Source: a virus
Lineage: Duplodnaviria > Caudoviricetes
Direction: 5' to 3' (one strand)
Virus record (IMG/VR): IMGVR_UViG_3300020046_010243
Coordinates: 1 to 64,000 of that record
DNA length: 64,000 nt
Position numbers and translations under genes: made by a program. Of the stretch, positions 16,974-26,692 are shown piece by piece (position 1 is the stretch's first letter; each line of letters starts with the position of its first letter). The notes beneath the pieces are model-generated. The model did no database searches and was not told the origin of the DNA. It was given only the letters and a program-made list of their open reading frames with translations.

Positions 16974-17342
16974 ATGAACGGCAACCAATCTCCCGAGACC
17001 TCACTTGCTCCGCCTGAACAAGGCAGCGCTCAGCCTCGTGCTTTCCTCGTGCAGGATAACCCGACGCTCGACTTCTCGCCGCTGCGCGAGTACGCCGCCT
17101 GGCCGCCTGAGGTTGTGTTCGATCCGGGGCAGGTTACGCTGCACCCGCAGCATGCACTGAAACACGCACGAACCAAACTGCAAGGCATGCAGGAGGATGA
17201 CTTCCTGCTGCTGAACGGGGATCCCGTGATGATCGGGATCTGTCTCGCGGTAGCGGCTGAGCTTATCGGCCGCGTGAAGCTACTCCGGTGGGACCGCCGC
17301 GAGAAGATTTACCTTCCCATCACGCTCGACTTCGATCAATAA
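16974..17342 (+). CDS. hypothetical protein (DFLLLNGDP..LLRWDR motif)
   Basis: GAAAGGA RBS; first gene of the rightward operon. Confidence 0.75.
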   Translation: MNGNQSPETSLAPPEQGSAQPRAFLVQDNPTLDFSPLREYAAWPPEVVFDPGQVTLHPQHALKHARTKLQGMQEDDFLLLNGDPVMIGICLAVAAELIGRVKLLRWDRREKIYLPITLDFDQ

Positions 17343-17358
17343 CCCGAAAGGAAATGAC

Positions 17359-18183
17359 ATGGCCGAAAAGTCGGCAGCAGAATCCGCGGCTCCCGAGAAG
17401 GAAGCCGCACCCGCGCAGGAAGCGAAGCAAGAGAAGCCGAAGACGCTCCTCAGCACCATCGTCAGCGGCAAGGCGCACATGCCGCCGCGCATCTTGCTTT
17501 ATGGGGTCCACGGCATCGGCAAGTCGACCTTCGCGGCGGAAGCCCCGTCGCCCATCTTCATCCCGACCGAAGACGGCGCAAACGAGATCGACGTCCCGAA
17601 GTTCCCAGTGGTGAAGGATCGCGGCGAGGTCATGGCGATTCTGCGCGAGCTTTACTCGCAGCCGCATGACTACCAAACCCTGGTGCTCGACTCGGTCGAC
17701 TGGTTCGAGGACTTCATCCAGGCCGAACTGCGCGCGGAGAAGACCGAGAAGGAGTTGGGCTATGGTCGGGAGTCGCTCTTCGCGGAGGCGATGCTGAGCG
17801 ATGTGCTCGGCGCATTCTCTATGCTGCGGAAGAAGCGCAGCATGACTGTCGTAGTCATCGCGCATAGCGAGATCAAGCGTTTCGACTCGCCGATGACCGA
17901 ACCCTACGACCGGTACCAGCCGAAGCTCACGCCGCGCCTCTCTTCGCTGCTCCAGGAATGGGCGGATGTGGTCGCGTTCGCTACCTACGATGTTGCCGTG
18001 AAAAAGGAGGAGGTCGGCTTCAACCGCGAAGTGCGTCGCGGCATCAGCAGCGGGGATCGCGTCATCTACACCGAGGAACGCCCCGCCTTCTACGCGAAGA
18101 ATCGCTACAAGCTCCCGCCCGAAATGCCGCTGAACTGGGCGAAGTTCGCGTCGAAGATTCCCTACTACAGCGCGGAGAAGTAG
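17359..18183 (+). CDS. AAA_24 / Sak4-like recombination ATPase
   Basis: LYGVHGIGKSTFAA, PTEDG, TLVLDSVDW, IAH, EWADVV, AKNRY. Confidence 0.9.
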   Translation: MAEKSAAESAAPEKEAAPAQEAKQEKPKTLLSTIVSGKAHMPPRILLYGVHGIGKSTFAAEAPSPIFIPTEDGANEIDVPKFPVVKDRGEVMAILRELYSQPHDYQTLVLDSVDWFEDFIQAELRAEKTEKELGYGRESLFAEAMLSDVLGAFSMLRKKRSMTVVVIAHSEIKRFDSPMTEPYDRYQPKLTPRLSSLLQEWADVVAFATYDVAVKKEEVGFNREVRRGISSGDRVIYTEERPAFYAKNRYKLPPEMPLNWAKFASKIPYYSAEK

Positions 18184-18222
18184 CCGCGCTTTTTCTGACC
18201 CACCGAAAGGAGTCACCGCATC

Positions 18223-18753
18223 ATGGCAAAAGTTGACTGGGACGAAACCGAGTACGAGGAAGGTAGGTCCGGCTTCGAGGCGTTGCCCAAGGGCCGCTAC
18301 TCGGCGCGCATCACCGATATCGAAAAGCGCGACACGAAGAGCAAGACCGGCTATATGTTCTGCCCCGAGTTCACGCTCGACGGCGAGCAGTTCAAGAACC
18401 GCAAGGTCTGGGCGCAGTTGAATGTCTCGAACCCGTCGGAGATCGCGCAGCGCATCGGTCGCGAGCAATGGAACTCGCTCATCGTCGCCTGCGGGTTCGA
18501 GATCGGCACCGTGAAGGATACCGACAAGCTCGTCGGCAAGCGCCTGATCGTGCTGGTCGACATCGAAAAGGATCAGGATGGGTCGCCGCGCAACAAGGTG
18601 ACCGGCTTCTTCCCGCATGATGGTAGCGCACCGGCCCCAGGCACCTCGGGCGGTACGCGGACGGGGCGCACGAGCGGCAGCGCTCCCGCCGCGAGCAACA
18701 CACCGAAGCCCGCCGGCAAGGCCGAGATCGACGAAGACGACATCCCTTTCTAG
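18223..18753 (+). CDS. DUF669-like single-stranded DNA-binding protein
   Basis: FEALPKGRY..., flexible G/S/T linker, acidic DEDDIPF tail. Confidence 0.85.
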   Translation: MAKVDWDETEYEEGRSGFEALPKGRYSARITDIEKRDTKSKTGYMFCPEFTLDGEQFKNRKVWAQLNVSNPSEIAQRIGREQWNSLIVACGFEIGTVKDTDKLVGKRLIVLVDIEKDQDGSPRNKVTGFFPHDGSAPAPGTSGGTRTGRTSGSAPAASNTPKPAGKAEIDEDDIPF

Positions 18754-18761
18754 GCTCATTG

Positions 18762-18830
18762 CTCTACCACCCCGAGTCGGACTCCCTCTTTTCTGCTGAG
18801 GAGTACGACCCGGGGGATGGTTGCGTAGAG
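18762..18830 (+). other. long imperfect intergenic hairpin
   Basis: nested pairing CTCTAC/GTAGAG, CCCC/GGGG, GTCG/CGAC, ACTCC/GGAGT. Confidence 0.6.
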
Positions 18831-18862
18831 GATGCTACCAACGAGCAATGGGCGAGAGACCG

Positions 18863-19918
18863 ATGGAACCAGGAACATCCGAAGCACCCGATACCGCAGT
18901 TACCGCAGCAGAAAATCCCGGAGTAAGCGAGCGCGAGGGCTACATCGGCGGCAGCGACCTTGCCGCCATCCTCGGCTTCTCTCCCTACGCGAGTCCCTTC
19001 TCCGTCTTTCTGGCGAAGAAGGGACTCGCCCCGCCGAAACGCATCGACCCCGGGCTGCAGGAGAAGTTCGACTTCGGGCATGCGATGGAGCCGGTCATCG
19101 CGCAGATGTTTGCCAAGCGGACCGGGCTGACCACCATACTGCCTCGCGGCGATATCGCGTTCATGCGCAACGAGGAGTATCCTTTTCTCGCTGGGCATGT
19201 CGATTACTTCGTCGCGCGCGAGGGCGAGGCTGTGCATGCGATCCTCGAGTGCAAGAACATCGAGTATCGCGGAGACGAGTGGGGCGAGCCTGATCCCGAG
19301 CGCTGCAACGCGCATCTGGTCGCGCTCTACTACCTGACGCAATGCGACCATTACATGGCACTGGCAAAAGTCGACCTGTGCTACCTGGCGGTCCTCTTCG
19401 GCGGGTGCCGCTTGGTCATCTATCCGATTCATCGCAGCGCGGACCGCGAGGCGGTGCTCCTTGCCGCCGAGGCTCGCTTCTGGAAACGAGTGGTCGAAGA
19501 TGATGCACCCGACTTCTCTGGCAGCATCGATGACCTCACCCGCGCGCTGCAAACGAAGTACCGGGCGGGCCTGACCGCAGCCGAGGCGAAGAAGGCGAAA
19601 GCGGTCGTGCAGTTGAGCGAGCAGACCGCTACGCTGCTGCGGGAGATCAAAGCCGCCCGCAAGACCGTTGCGAAGGCGAAGAAGGAGGACCAAGCGAAGA
19701 CCGCTGCGCTGACTCTCCTCATGAACGGGGAGACCGGCTACCTCCGGATCGGCGACGAGCCATGGGGAAGCCTCCTCATGCAAGACCGCAAGACCTTTGA
19801 TGATTTCGCCTTGCAGATGGAGCACCCCGAACTCTACGAGAAGTACGTGCGCACGAATCGGGTCGGCCCTATCCTGCGCCTCCGCAAGGACCCGGACGAA
19901 GAAACCAACGAGGAGTAG
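18863..19918 (+). CDS. YqaJ-like viral recombinase/exonuclease
   Basis: IGGSDLAAILG.SPY, GHAME, GHVDY, LECKN, Y..Q..HYM. Confidence 0.9.
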   Translation: MEPGTSEAPDTAVTAAENPGVSEREGYIGGSDLAAILGFSPYASPFSVFLAKKGLAPPKRIDPGLQEKFDFGHAMEPVIAQMFAKRTGLTTILPRGDIAFMRNEEYPFLAGHVDYFVAREGEAVHAILECKNIEYRGDEWGEPDPERCNAHLVALYYLTQCDHYMALAKVDLCYLAVLFGGCRLVIYPIHRSADREAVLLAAEARFWKRVVEDDAPDFSGSIDDLTRALQTKYRAGLTAAEAKKAKAVVQLSEQTATLLREIKAARKTVAKAKKEDQAKTAALTLLMNGETGYLRIGDEPWGSLLMQDRKTFDDFALQMEHPELYEKYVRTNRVGPILRLRKDPDEETNEE

Positions 19919-19923
19919 CGGTC

Positions 19924-20427
19924 ATGAGTTTGCGATTGTTCATCGGGATCGACCCGGGGATTCGAGGCGCTGTAGGCGTGCTGACCGGCGACCATCAGGA
20001 CCCGTTCGTCGACGTCTTCGATATGCCGATCCAGACGAAACGCAGCGGACGCAATGAAGTCGACCCGCTCGCGCTTTGGGATCGGCTTTGCGCAGTCACG
20101 CAGCCTTACGTTAGCCTCGAGCGACTCTTCGTCGTCGAGCAGGTCTCCGCGATGCCGGGTCAGGGCGTCTCGGGCATGTTCTCGCTTGGTGACTCGTATG
20201 GTTGCGCGCGCACCATCGCAACGATTCACGGTCGAGCGACGGGCGTCAGTCCGGTCACCTGGAAAAAGGCGATGAAACTCACCAAGAACAAGAGCTACTC
20301 GCTGACCCTCGCCCGGCGCGCCTTCCCATCCGCCGCAAAGCACCTCACCCGGGTGAAGGATGAGGGGCGCGCTGAGGCACTGCTGCTCGCGCAGTACGCT
20401 ATGCGCAACGCCGACACTCTCTTCTGA
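19924..20427 (+). CDS. RuvC-like Holliday junction resolvase
   Basis: IGIDPG, VVEQV.AMPGQG..GMFS.G, WKK, DEGRAEALLLA. Confidence 0.85.
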   Translation: MSLRLFIGIDPGIRGAVGVLTGDHQDPFVDVFDMPIQTKRSGRNEVDPLALWDRLCAVTQPYVSLERLFVVEQVSAMPGQGVSGMFSLGDSYGCARTIATIHGRATGVSPVTWKKAMKLTKNKSYSLTLARRAFPSAAKHLTRVKDEGRAEALLLAQYAMRNADTLF

Positions 20428-20428
20428 C

Positions 20429-22630
20429 GTGTCGCAGCAAGCGGATATTGTAGTCGCTCGCGGCGAGCATGTCGGCGCGGTCGATCCCGGTCCCGACTTC
20501 CTACCCAGGGTCGAGTACTCCTGGGATGAGTTCGTCACCGCAGTCACGACCTTCGATCATCGCAGCGACAAAGACGGCCCCTACTTCTGCCGCCCGATGG
20601 GCGACTCAGGGCACCGCACCGATAAGAACGCCGAACCCTGGTCGCTACTGGTCGCAGACCTCGACCAACTCCTCCCCGAGGACAGCAAAGCACTGCATGA
20701 GTGGTGCGAGAAGGCGGGACTGCAGTTGGTTCTGGCGACGACCTTCTCCCATGCGCCCGATGCGCCTCGCATGCGGATGTGGATTCGCTGCTCGCGCGAG
20801 GTCAGCAAGGATGAGCACCCGTTCCTGCATATGTCGCTTGCGGCGGTCTTCCCATTCAAGCTCGACCAATCTCTAGCGAAGCCCTCGCAACCGATCTTCC
20901 TGCCCTCATGCCCGCCCTCGCGCGCGAGCTACTCCTTTGCCCGCGAGTATCCGGGGAAGCCTATCGATGTAGACCGCATGCTCGCGGGCTACCAAGCGCT
21001 GATTCAACAGCGCGCGAAGGATCGGAGCGAGGGCGCGAAGGGCATCAAGACCGGCGTCCGCGTCGCGGGCGGGACCATCGACCTCTTCAACCGCAACTTT
21101 GATCTGCGCGACCTGCTCGAAAGCAGTAACGCGTACGTGCGCAAGTCGCGCAACCGCTATATGTATCGCGGGTCGAAGAGCAAACGGGCGGCGGTCGTCG
21201 TGTATGACCAGGGGCCCGAGCACTCGGTGGTCTCGTTCCATGAAAACGATCCGCTCGCGGTGAAGGATGCCTCCGGGCAGCCGCGTATGTTGGACTCCTT
21301 TGCCGCGTATACTATCCTCGAGCATAGCGACGACTTCAAGTCCGCGTTCGAGGGCGCGCGGCGATGGGTGAACGAGCGCGGCCTCGCTGATAAGGAGAAG
21401 AGCAGCGAGTCAGCACCGCCCAAGCAACTGATAATTCTGACGCTCGACCAGATCAGTGCGAACCTGATACCGCGCATGTCGGTGGTGCAGGGGCTCCTTG
21501 AGCGTGGATGCGTGACTCTTGCAACGGGCGACTCGAACTCGGGTAAGACGACGGTCCTTCAGTACCAGTCGATGTGCATCGCGCAGGGGACTCCCTTCGC
21601 CTCGCATACCACCACGCGCAGCAAGGTGCTGTGGGTCGCGGGCGAAGATGCCTACAATGCGCAAATTCGCTACCTCGCACTCGCGCAGAAATATGGCGTC
21701 GATCACCGCGAGTTGAAGGATTGGCTCTTCGTGCTGCCGCAACGCATCGAAATCCTCAACCCCGAATCGCTCAGCATGGTGCACGAGGCCATCGCGCAGA
21801 CGCTACCGAACTCGACCGATATCGGAGCGATCTACCTCGACTCGAAGTCGATGGTATGGGGCGGCGAGGATGAGAATAGCAACGACGAAGCCGCGCGATT
21901 CATTCAAGTGCTGAACGAGGAGCTTGCGCAGCGCTACCAGTGCGCTGTCATCGTGACGCATCACCTCACCAAGTTCAAGGATAAGTCGCAGCAAACTGCA
22001 CGCGGCGCGGGTGCGCTCATCAATAACATCGACCACGAGTGGCGCTTCGATAAGAAGGGCAACGAGCACATCGTCACGATGGAGCCTGGGGCCAAGTTGC
22101 GCATCGCCCCATGGTCGCCGAAACACTTCTTCATTGAAGTCTACTCCCTCGACTGCACCGACCATGCGCACCTCATCGACAATTTCGGCGAGGCGCCGCG
22201 CATCAGCCTACCGAAGCTCGTCAATGCCGCAGGCGTCTCCGTCTCATCTCTCGAGGAAGACCTAGAGCAGGCGTTGGTGATCCTCGTGCTCGACCTGCCC
22301 TCCTCGATCACATCGAAGGGCAAGGTCATGGTGCGCCGCGTCGCGAAGGGAGTCCTTGAGCATCCCTCCGCCGAGCCGGTGCGTCGCGCGCGAGGAGTTC
22401 CGCAAGGGGCTGAGACCGCCGAGGATGCTGAGGATGCTTACGTCAAGGGCTACCAGGATAAGCTCCGTCGCACCATCCTACCGAGACTTGTCGAGAAGCA
22501 ACTGTTGACAGAAGAGTTCAAGCCGACCGACGCGGGTCGACGCTTCGCCGAGTCTGTGCTGGGCCCCGGTGCGACCGCGACCGAGAGCGAGGAAGAAAGT
22601 CAACCCGAGAGCGACCCCGCCGACAGTTAG
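20429..22630 (+). CDS. primase-like N-terminus fused to AAA_25/RepA-type helicase
   Basis: VADLD, TTFSH, PRMR, LD.S..KPSQ.IFLP; GDSNSGKTT Walker A, AGED, IYLDS, VTHH.TK, RGAGA. Confidence 0.8.
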   Translation: MSQQADIVVARGEHVGAVDPGPDFLPRVEYSWDEFVTAVTTFDHRSDKDGPYFCRPMGDSGHRTDKNAEPWSLLVADLDQLLPEDSKALHEWCEKAGLQLVLATTFSHAPDAPRMRMWIRCSREVSKDEHPFLHMSLAAVFPFKLDQSLAKPSQPIFLPSCPPSRASYSFAREYPGKPIDVDRMLAGYQALIQQRAKDRSEGAKGIKTGVRVAGGTIDLFNRNFDLRDLLESSNAYVRKSRNRYMYRGSKSKRAAVVVYDQGPEHSVVSFHENDPLAVKDASGQPRMLDSFAAYTILEHSDDFKSAFEGARRWVNERGLADKEKSSESAPPKQLIILTLDQISANLIPRMSVVQGLLERGCVTLATGDSNSGKTTVLQYQSMCIAQGTPFASHTTTRSKVLWVAGEDAYNAQIRYLALAQKYGVDHRELKDWLFVLPQRIEILNPESLSMVHEAIAQTLPNSTDIGAIYLDSKSMVWGGEDENSNDEAARFIQVLNEELAQRYQCAVIVTHHLTKFKDKSQQTARGAGALINNIDHEWRFDKKGNEHIVTMEPGAKLRIAPWSPKHFFIEVYSLDCTDHAHLIDNFGEAPRISLPKLVNAAGVSVSSLEEDLEQALVILVLDLPSSITSKGKVMVRRVAKGVLEHPSAEPVRRARGVPQGAETAEDAEDAYVKGYQDKLRRTILPRLVEKQLLTEEFKPTDAGRRFAESVLGPGATATESEEESQPESDPADS

Positions 22631-22700
22631 CGCTTGCACCCCGCAGCGCTCATCGCTATGATGACTGCGCAGTTGAGAGTTCATCCCAGAAAGGAAAACG

Positions 22701-23654
22701 ATGAGCAAAAAATCAGCCAAGTCAGCACCGAAACTATCCCCACGCAAGAGCAAGAAACAGCGCGAACTTGCCGCAGCACTAGGCGCTCCCGAAGCCGAGC
22801 AGGCCGCCGCCGAGGCTGCTCTCGAACAAGAGAGCGAAGAGCAAGCGTACTCCTCGCTGCCTCCGATACCGCCTCCGCCCGAGTGGGTCGCTCCGATCGG
22901 TCCGCCCGAGATTCCGAGCGCATGGGCAGATGGCGGGTACCTCGCATTGGTCACGAATTTCCACGGCGGAGTCGTGACATTCATTTCATCGTCGAGCGGA
23001 GGCGAATCTTCCCGCCTCGACTTGCCCAAATTCTGGCGCCGCATCAAGCCGCATTTCCCTGCGGTAGACCCCACCCGCTGCATTCTTTCCTTCCTCGCGC
23101 GCGAGCGCAGCGGACTATTCAATATGCGCGTGCGAGACATCAGGAGACTAATCGAAATGCTCACGAAGGAATCGCTGGAGAAAATGTCCGAGCGTGACCT
23201 GGGTAACGAGTATCGCAAACTCGTCGATCCCAAGGGTCCGCAACGCATCAAGACCGACAAGAAGGCTGAGTTCATCCAGAAGATCCTGGACGCCGCGAAG
23301 GAAATGGGCGCGAAGGTCGACGCGGACGGGACGCCGAAGCCCCCGAAGGAGAAGAAAGTCAAGCCGCCGACGGAGCCGAAGCCGCCGAAGGAGAAGAAGG
23401 TCAAGGAGCCCAAGCCCCCGAAGGAACCGAAGACTCCGAAGCAGCCCAAGACCCCGAAAGCGCCCAAGCAGTCAGCGAAGGAAATCAAGGCGGCCGGCGG
23501 GAATCCCTTCCGGGAAGGATCGATGAAGAACAAAGCCTTCTCGGTCTACCTCGCGACGAAGGGCGACCGGGAAAAGACGATCGAAGCCGCTACGAAGGCC
23601 GGCGCGACGCCCTCGACCGCAAGCTCCTGGTACGCCGCCTTCAACAAGCTTTAG
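22701..23654 (+). CDS. Lys/Pro-rich repeat protein, putative DNA-binding
   Basis: PKPPKEKKVK x2 and PKTPKQ-like repeats; compact C-terminal domain; AGAAAGGAA RBS. Confidence 0.75.
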   Translation: MSKKSAKSAPKLSPRKSKKQRELAAALGAPEAEQAAAEAALEQESEEQAYSSLPPIPPPPEWVAPIGPPEIPSAWADGGYLALVTNFHGGVVTFISSSSGGESSRLDLPKFWRRIKPHFPAVDPTRCILSFLARERSGLFNMRVRDIRRLIEMLTKESLEKMSERDLGNEYRKLVDPKGPQRIKTDKKAEFIQKILDAAKEMGAKVDADGTPKPPKEKKVKPPTEPKPPKEKKVKEPKPPKEPKTPKQPKTPKAPKQSAKEIKAAGGNPFREGSMKNKAFSVYLATKGDREKTIEAATKAGATPSTASSWYAAFNKL

Positions 23655-23731
23655 TCATCATCGGTTCGGGGGCGCTGCGTAGCGCTGCGCGGTAACCGCA
23701 GGGTAGCGCCCCTAATTTTCCTGGAGTCCCC

Positions 23732-24469
23732 ATGTTCGGTCTCAACAAGATCCGCAAGGTCGATGCTACGAGCGACTCGCTGTTCGTGCATTCGCTCTTC
23801 CCGACGATTCAAGGCGAAGGACCCTATGCCGGGCAGCGCGCGGTCTTCCTGCGCCTTGGCGGCTGCTCGCTCGCCTGCTCCTGGTGCGACACCGAGTTCG
23901 AGGAGGGCGCTCAGCGCATCCCGAACAAGAACATTTTCGAGCTACTCGAAGATGAGCGCGAAGGCATCGCGTCGCCTCTCTGCGTCATCACCGGCGGCGA
24001 ACCGATGCGGCAGAACCTGGAGCCCCTGGCACGCCTCCTCCTGAAGGCGGGCTGGCGCGTCCAGATCGAAACCGCGGGCATTCATTGGGTCGATGGACTA
24101 GAGGCTTTCGAGCACGAAATGCTCGCACTCGATTCGCAGGAGACTCTGACTATCGTCTGTTCGCCCAAGACGCCCAAAATCAACCCGATCCTCGAGCAGT
24201 ATTGCATCAATTACAAATTCATCGTCAGCGCGGACGAGCCGACCGCCGATGATGGTCTGCCCCTTTATGCGGTCTCGCAGTCACTCAAGAAGCAGTCGGG
24301 GCTGATGTTTCGACCGAGCAATCCGCGTGCGGTCATATTCGTGCAGCCGCTTGATCTGCCGAGCGACCCGGACGCGACGCAGCGCAACATCCATCGGTGC
24401 GCCGCGCTTGCAATCAAGCACGGCTACCGCCTCTCTCTGCAACTCCACAAGATACTGGGGCTTCCATGA
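23732..24469 (+). CDS. queE: 7-carboxy-7-deazaguanine synthase (radical SAM)
   Basis: TIQGEG, FLRLGGCSLACSWCDT, ITGGEP, IETAG, CSPK, LQLHK. Confidence 0.95.
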   Translation: MFGLNKIRKVDATSDSLFVHSLFPTIQGEGPYAGQRAVFLRLGGCSLACSWCDTEFEEGAQRIPNKNIFELLEDEREGIASPLCVITGGEPMRQNLEPLARLLLKAGWRVQIETAGIHWVDGLEAFEHEMLALDSQETLTIVCSPKTPKINPILEQYCINYKFIVSADEPTADDGLPLYAVSQSLKKQSGLMFRPSNPRAVIFVQPLDLPSDPDATQRNIHRCAALAIKHGYRLSLQLHKILGLP

Positions 24470-24681
24470 GCGATGAAATGTGGTTGTTGGTGAAGGTCGC
24501 CGTTGCCGGCATGTTAGCCTATCTCAGCCTCATCACCGCGAGTGCGGCGTCTTGGGATCGCGGATGGAGCAGGCGGTTCGGATTCGCTTTCGCTTTCGTG
24601 TTGATGCTGCCGGCGATCTACTGGTTCATGCGTCTTTTTCTCTGGGTGATGAATCTTCCGCTGCCGGAGGCCTTTCGATGA
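24466..24681 (+). CDS. small two-TM membrane protein
   Basis: hydrophobic segments; coupled overlaps. Confidence 0.65.
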   Translation: MSDEMWLLVKVAVAGMLAYLSLITASAASWDRGWSRRFGFAFAFVLMLPAIYWFMRLFLWVMNLPLPEAFR

Positions 24682-25004
24682 GAATGTGGATGGTTCAGCC
24701 AGAAACGATGTGCACGCAGCACCTTCTCGGGGAGCACCTCGAACTGCATATGTTCGTCGGCAGCATTGCGAAGGGCATAAGCATGCAAGGGTATGTCGAT
24801 GCGGGGCTGCTCGAGTCGAGTAGCATCGCCTTTCGGCACGAGCAACTGGTCGCAGAAATGGCGCGCCGCGGCTTCTCCCATAAGTCGCCGCTGCCCTACT
24901 TCGACACAATCAACCAGGGTCAGGTCCCCCGCGCGGGCGCGCGCGAGGAGTTGCTGCGCCGCTGCCCGACCTGCCGCAAGCTCGCCGCGGAGTTCGAGCA
25001 ATGA
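24678..25004 (+). CDS. pyrimidine-dimer DNA glycosylase-like protein (DenV/Pyr_excise family)
   Basis: MRMWMV..MCTQHLLGEHLELH...RHEQLVAEMARRGFSHKSP. Confidence 0.75.
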   Translation: MRMWMVQPETMCTQHLLGEHLELHMFVGSIAKGISMQGYVDAGLLESSSIAFRHEQLVAEMARRGFSHKSPLPYFDTINQGQVPRAGAREELLRRCPTCRKLAAEFEQ

Positions 25005-25150
25005 GCGCGTTGGTGGCGGTCGCTCTCGGATCCGTCATCATTCCTCTCGGGATCGCGCTCTGGATGCGAAACACCATGGGCGTCCTCGGTTTTGCGGGCA
25101 TGCTCTTCTATGCGGTAGTCTACTGGTTCCGCGTCGGTGCCTGCGCATGA
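25001..25150 (+). CDS. 49-aa membrane peptide, absent from the ORF track
   Basis: manual translation MSALVAVALGSVIIPLGIALWMRNTMGVLGFAGMLFYAVVYWFRVGACA; ATGA overlaps at both ends. Confidence 0.6.
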   Translation: MSALVAVALGSVIIPLGIALWMRNTMGVLGFAGMLFYAVVYWFRVGACA

Positions 25151-25389
25151 ACCACAAGTTCTTTACCACCAACAACGCCGCTTGGTTCCCCAAGGACCGA
25201 CCGAACGGCAAAGCGGGCAGCGAGCGCATGGTGCTCTACTCGATGATCGAAGCTCGCCCGGGCATCAGCAGCGATGAACTCGAATCCCAATGGACTTTTC
25301 ATACCAGCATGCGCTCGCGCCTCAAGGAGTTGTTCGATAAGCACCACATCGAACTACGCCGGCCGAGTGATCTTTTCGGGGAGCAGTGA
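25147..25389 (+). CDS. small putative winged-helix DNA-binding protein
   Basis: MIEARPGISSDELE...RSRLKELFDKHHIE. Confidence 0.5.
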   Translation: MNHKFFTTNNAAWFPKDRPNGKAGSERMVLYSMIEARPGISSDELESQWTFHTSMRSRLKELFDKHHIELRRPSDLFGEQ

Positions 25390-25390
25390 A

Positions 25391-25909
25391 GTGGCGGAGA
25401 TTCCGAAGATGGAAGTAGTCGTAGATGTAGAAGAGCTTGCAACTCACCTGGCAGCGCAGGGACCGGTCATCGTCGCGCGGCGTTACCACGACTTCTCGTG
25501 CGGGCATCGCGTGCATAACCACGAAGGGAAGTGCGCGCTGTTGCACGGCCACAACTACCGGGTGACCTTCTCCATTCGCGCAGCGGAGTTGGATGCGGTC
25601 GGTCGGGTGCTCGACTTCTCGGTCATCAAGGAGCGCCTCTGCATCTGGCTCGAGGAAAACTGGGACCATCGGTTCTTGGCATGGTCGCAGGATGACCTCA
25701 TGCACGACCTCTTCTCCCACGAGGGCGGTCCCGGACAGCAGATGATGGAGAAGTCGCTGGTCTGGGTGCCGTTCAATCCCACAGCCGAGAACATGGCGCT
25801 CTTCCTTCTGCAAACCGTCGGTCCTGCGCAACTCGCGGGCACCGGCGCCGAACTGATTCATGTCATCGTCGAAGAGACCCGCAAGTGCCGGGCTGAAGTC
25901 TACAAGTAA
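25391..25909 (+). CDS. queD: 6-carboxytetrahydropterin synthase
   Basis: FSCGHR...C..LHGHNY, LDFSVIK, WDHRFL, NPTAEN, VEET. Confidence 0.95.
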   Translation: MAEIPKMEVVVDVEELATHLAAQGPVIVARRYHDFSCGHRVHNHEGKCALLHGHNYRVTFSIRAAELDAVGRVLDFSVIKERLCIWLEENWDHRFLAWSQDDLMHDLFSHEGGPGQQMMEKSLVWVPFNPTAENMALFLLQTVGPAQLAGTGAELIHVIVEETRKCRAEVYK

Positions 25910-25919
25910 AGGAGCTACC

Positions 25920-26126
25920 ATGATGAAAGCAGGACAGACCCTCTCGCGCGCGCTGCCCGCATGCCCGACATGCAAGAAGTCGGATGCGGTGCGGGCGATG
26001 ACCGCGACTCCGGGGCAGTACTTCTGCGCGCGCTGCCAACTGAACCTCTCGCTGGAAACCGAAGCCAAGGATCTGCATCGCGCGCGCGACCGCAAGGGCG
26101 AGTACCTCACGAAGGGGGAGAAGTGA
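25920..26126 (+). CDS. Zn-finger protein
   Basis: CPTC...YFCARC; AAAGGAG RBS. Confidence 0.7.
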   Translation: MMKAGQTLSRALPACPTCKKSDAVRAMTATPGQYFCARCQLNLSLETEAKDLHRARDRKGEYLTKGEK

Positions 26127-26692
26127 ACGAACCTACGATCGAGGAAGCCGTCGCACTGATGCTCCGCGAGATCGAAGGCGGGTCATATATGCGCGCGGGG
26201 CTCACGGATACTCCCATGCGCGTGGCGAAAGCATACAAGGAATGGTTCGCGGGCTACACCATAAACATCCCCGCGCTCTTCAAGACGTTCGAGGATGGTG
26301 CGGAGAAGTGCGACGAAATGATCGTGCTCGACAACATCCCGGTGCAGTCGCACTGCGAGCACCATATGGCGCCCTTCGTGGGGACGGCGGTGGTCGGTTA
26401 CATCCCCTCGGGGCGCATCATCGGACTCAGCAAGATCCCGAAGCTCGTCAACGCCTTCAGCAAGCGACTTCAGGTGCAGGAGCGCCTGACCAACCAGATT
26501 GCCGAGGCGATGCAGGAGCACTTGAAGCCAAAGGGCGCCGGGGTCATCATCCGCGCCGAGCACTTCTGCATGGCGACCAGGGGCGTCCATACTCCGGGAG
26601 TCTTCACGACTACTTCCGCGCTGCGCGGCGTCTTCCGCGAGGCGGGAGCCCGGGAAGAATTTCTACAGTTCGCTTGGCGGGGGCATCGATGA
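26123..26692 (+). CDS. folE: GTP cyclohydrolase I
   Basis: DTPMRV, SHCEHH, GLSK, RLQVQERLT, HFCM..RGV. Confidence 0.97.
   Translation: MNEPTIEEAVALMLREIEGGSYMRAGLTDTPMRVAKAYKEWFAGYTINIPALFKTFEDGAEKCDEMIVLDNIPVQSHCEHHMAPFVGTAVVGYIPSGRIIGLSKIPKLVNAFSKRLQVQERLTNQIAEAMQEHLKPKGAGVIIRAEHFCMATRGVHTPGVFTTTSALRGVFREAGAREEFLQFAWRGHR

Noticed and set aside
16974-17342. CARF/SAVED-like anti-CRISPR role for the first rightward gene
   Set aside because: Only a vague alpha/beta resemblance; no diagnostic motif.
17320-19825. Long - strand ORFs (17320..18759, 18764..19825)
   Set aside because: Antisense to recognisable AAA_24, SSB and YqaJ genes; no motifs or RBS.
22478-23533. 351-aa - strand ORF with FGG repeats
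   Set aside because: Mirror image of the Lys/Pro repeat gene on the + strand.
26242-26688. N-terminal extension of QueC in the ORF track
   Set aside because: It overlaps folE in another frame; the real start is the ATG at 26689 overlapping the folE stop.
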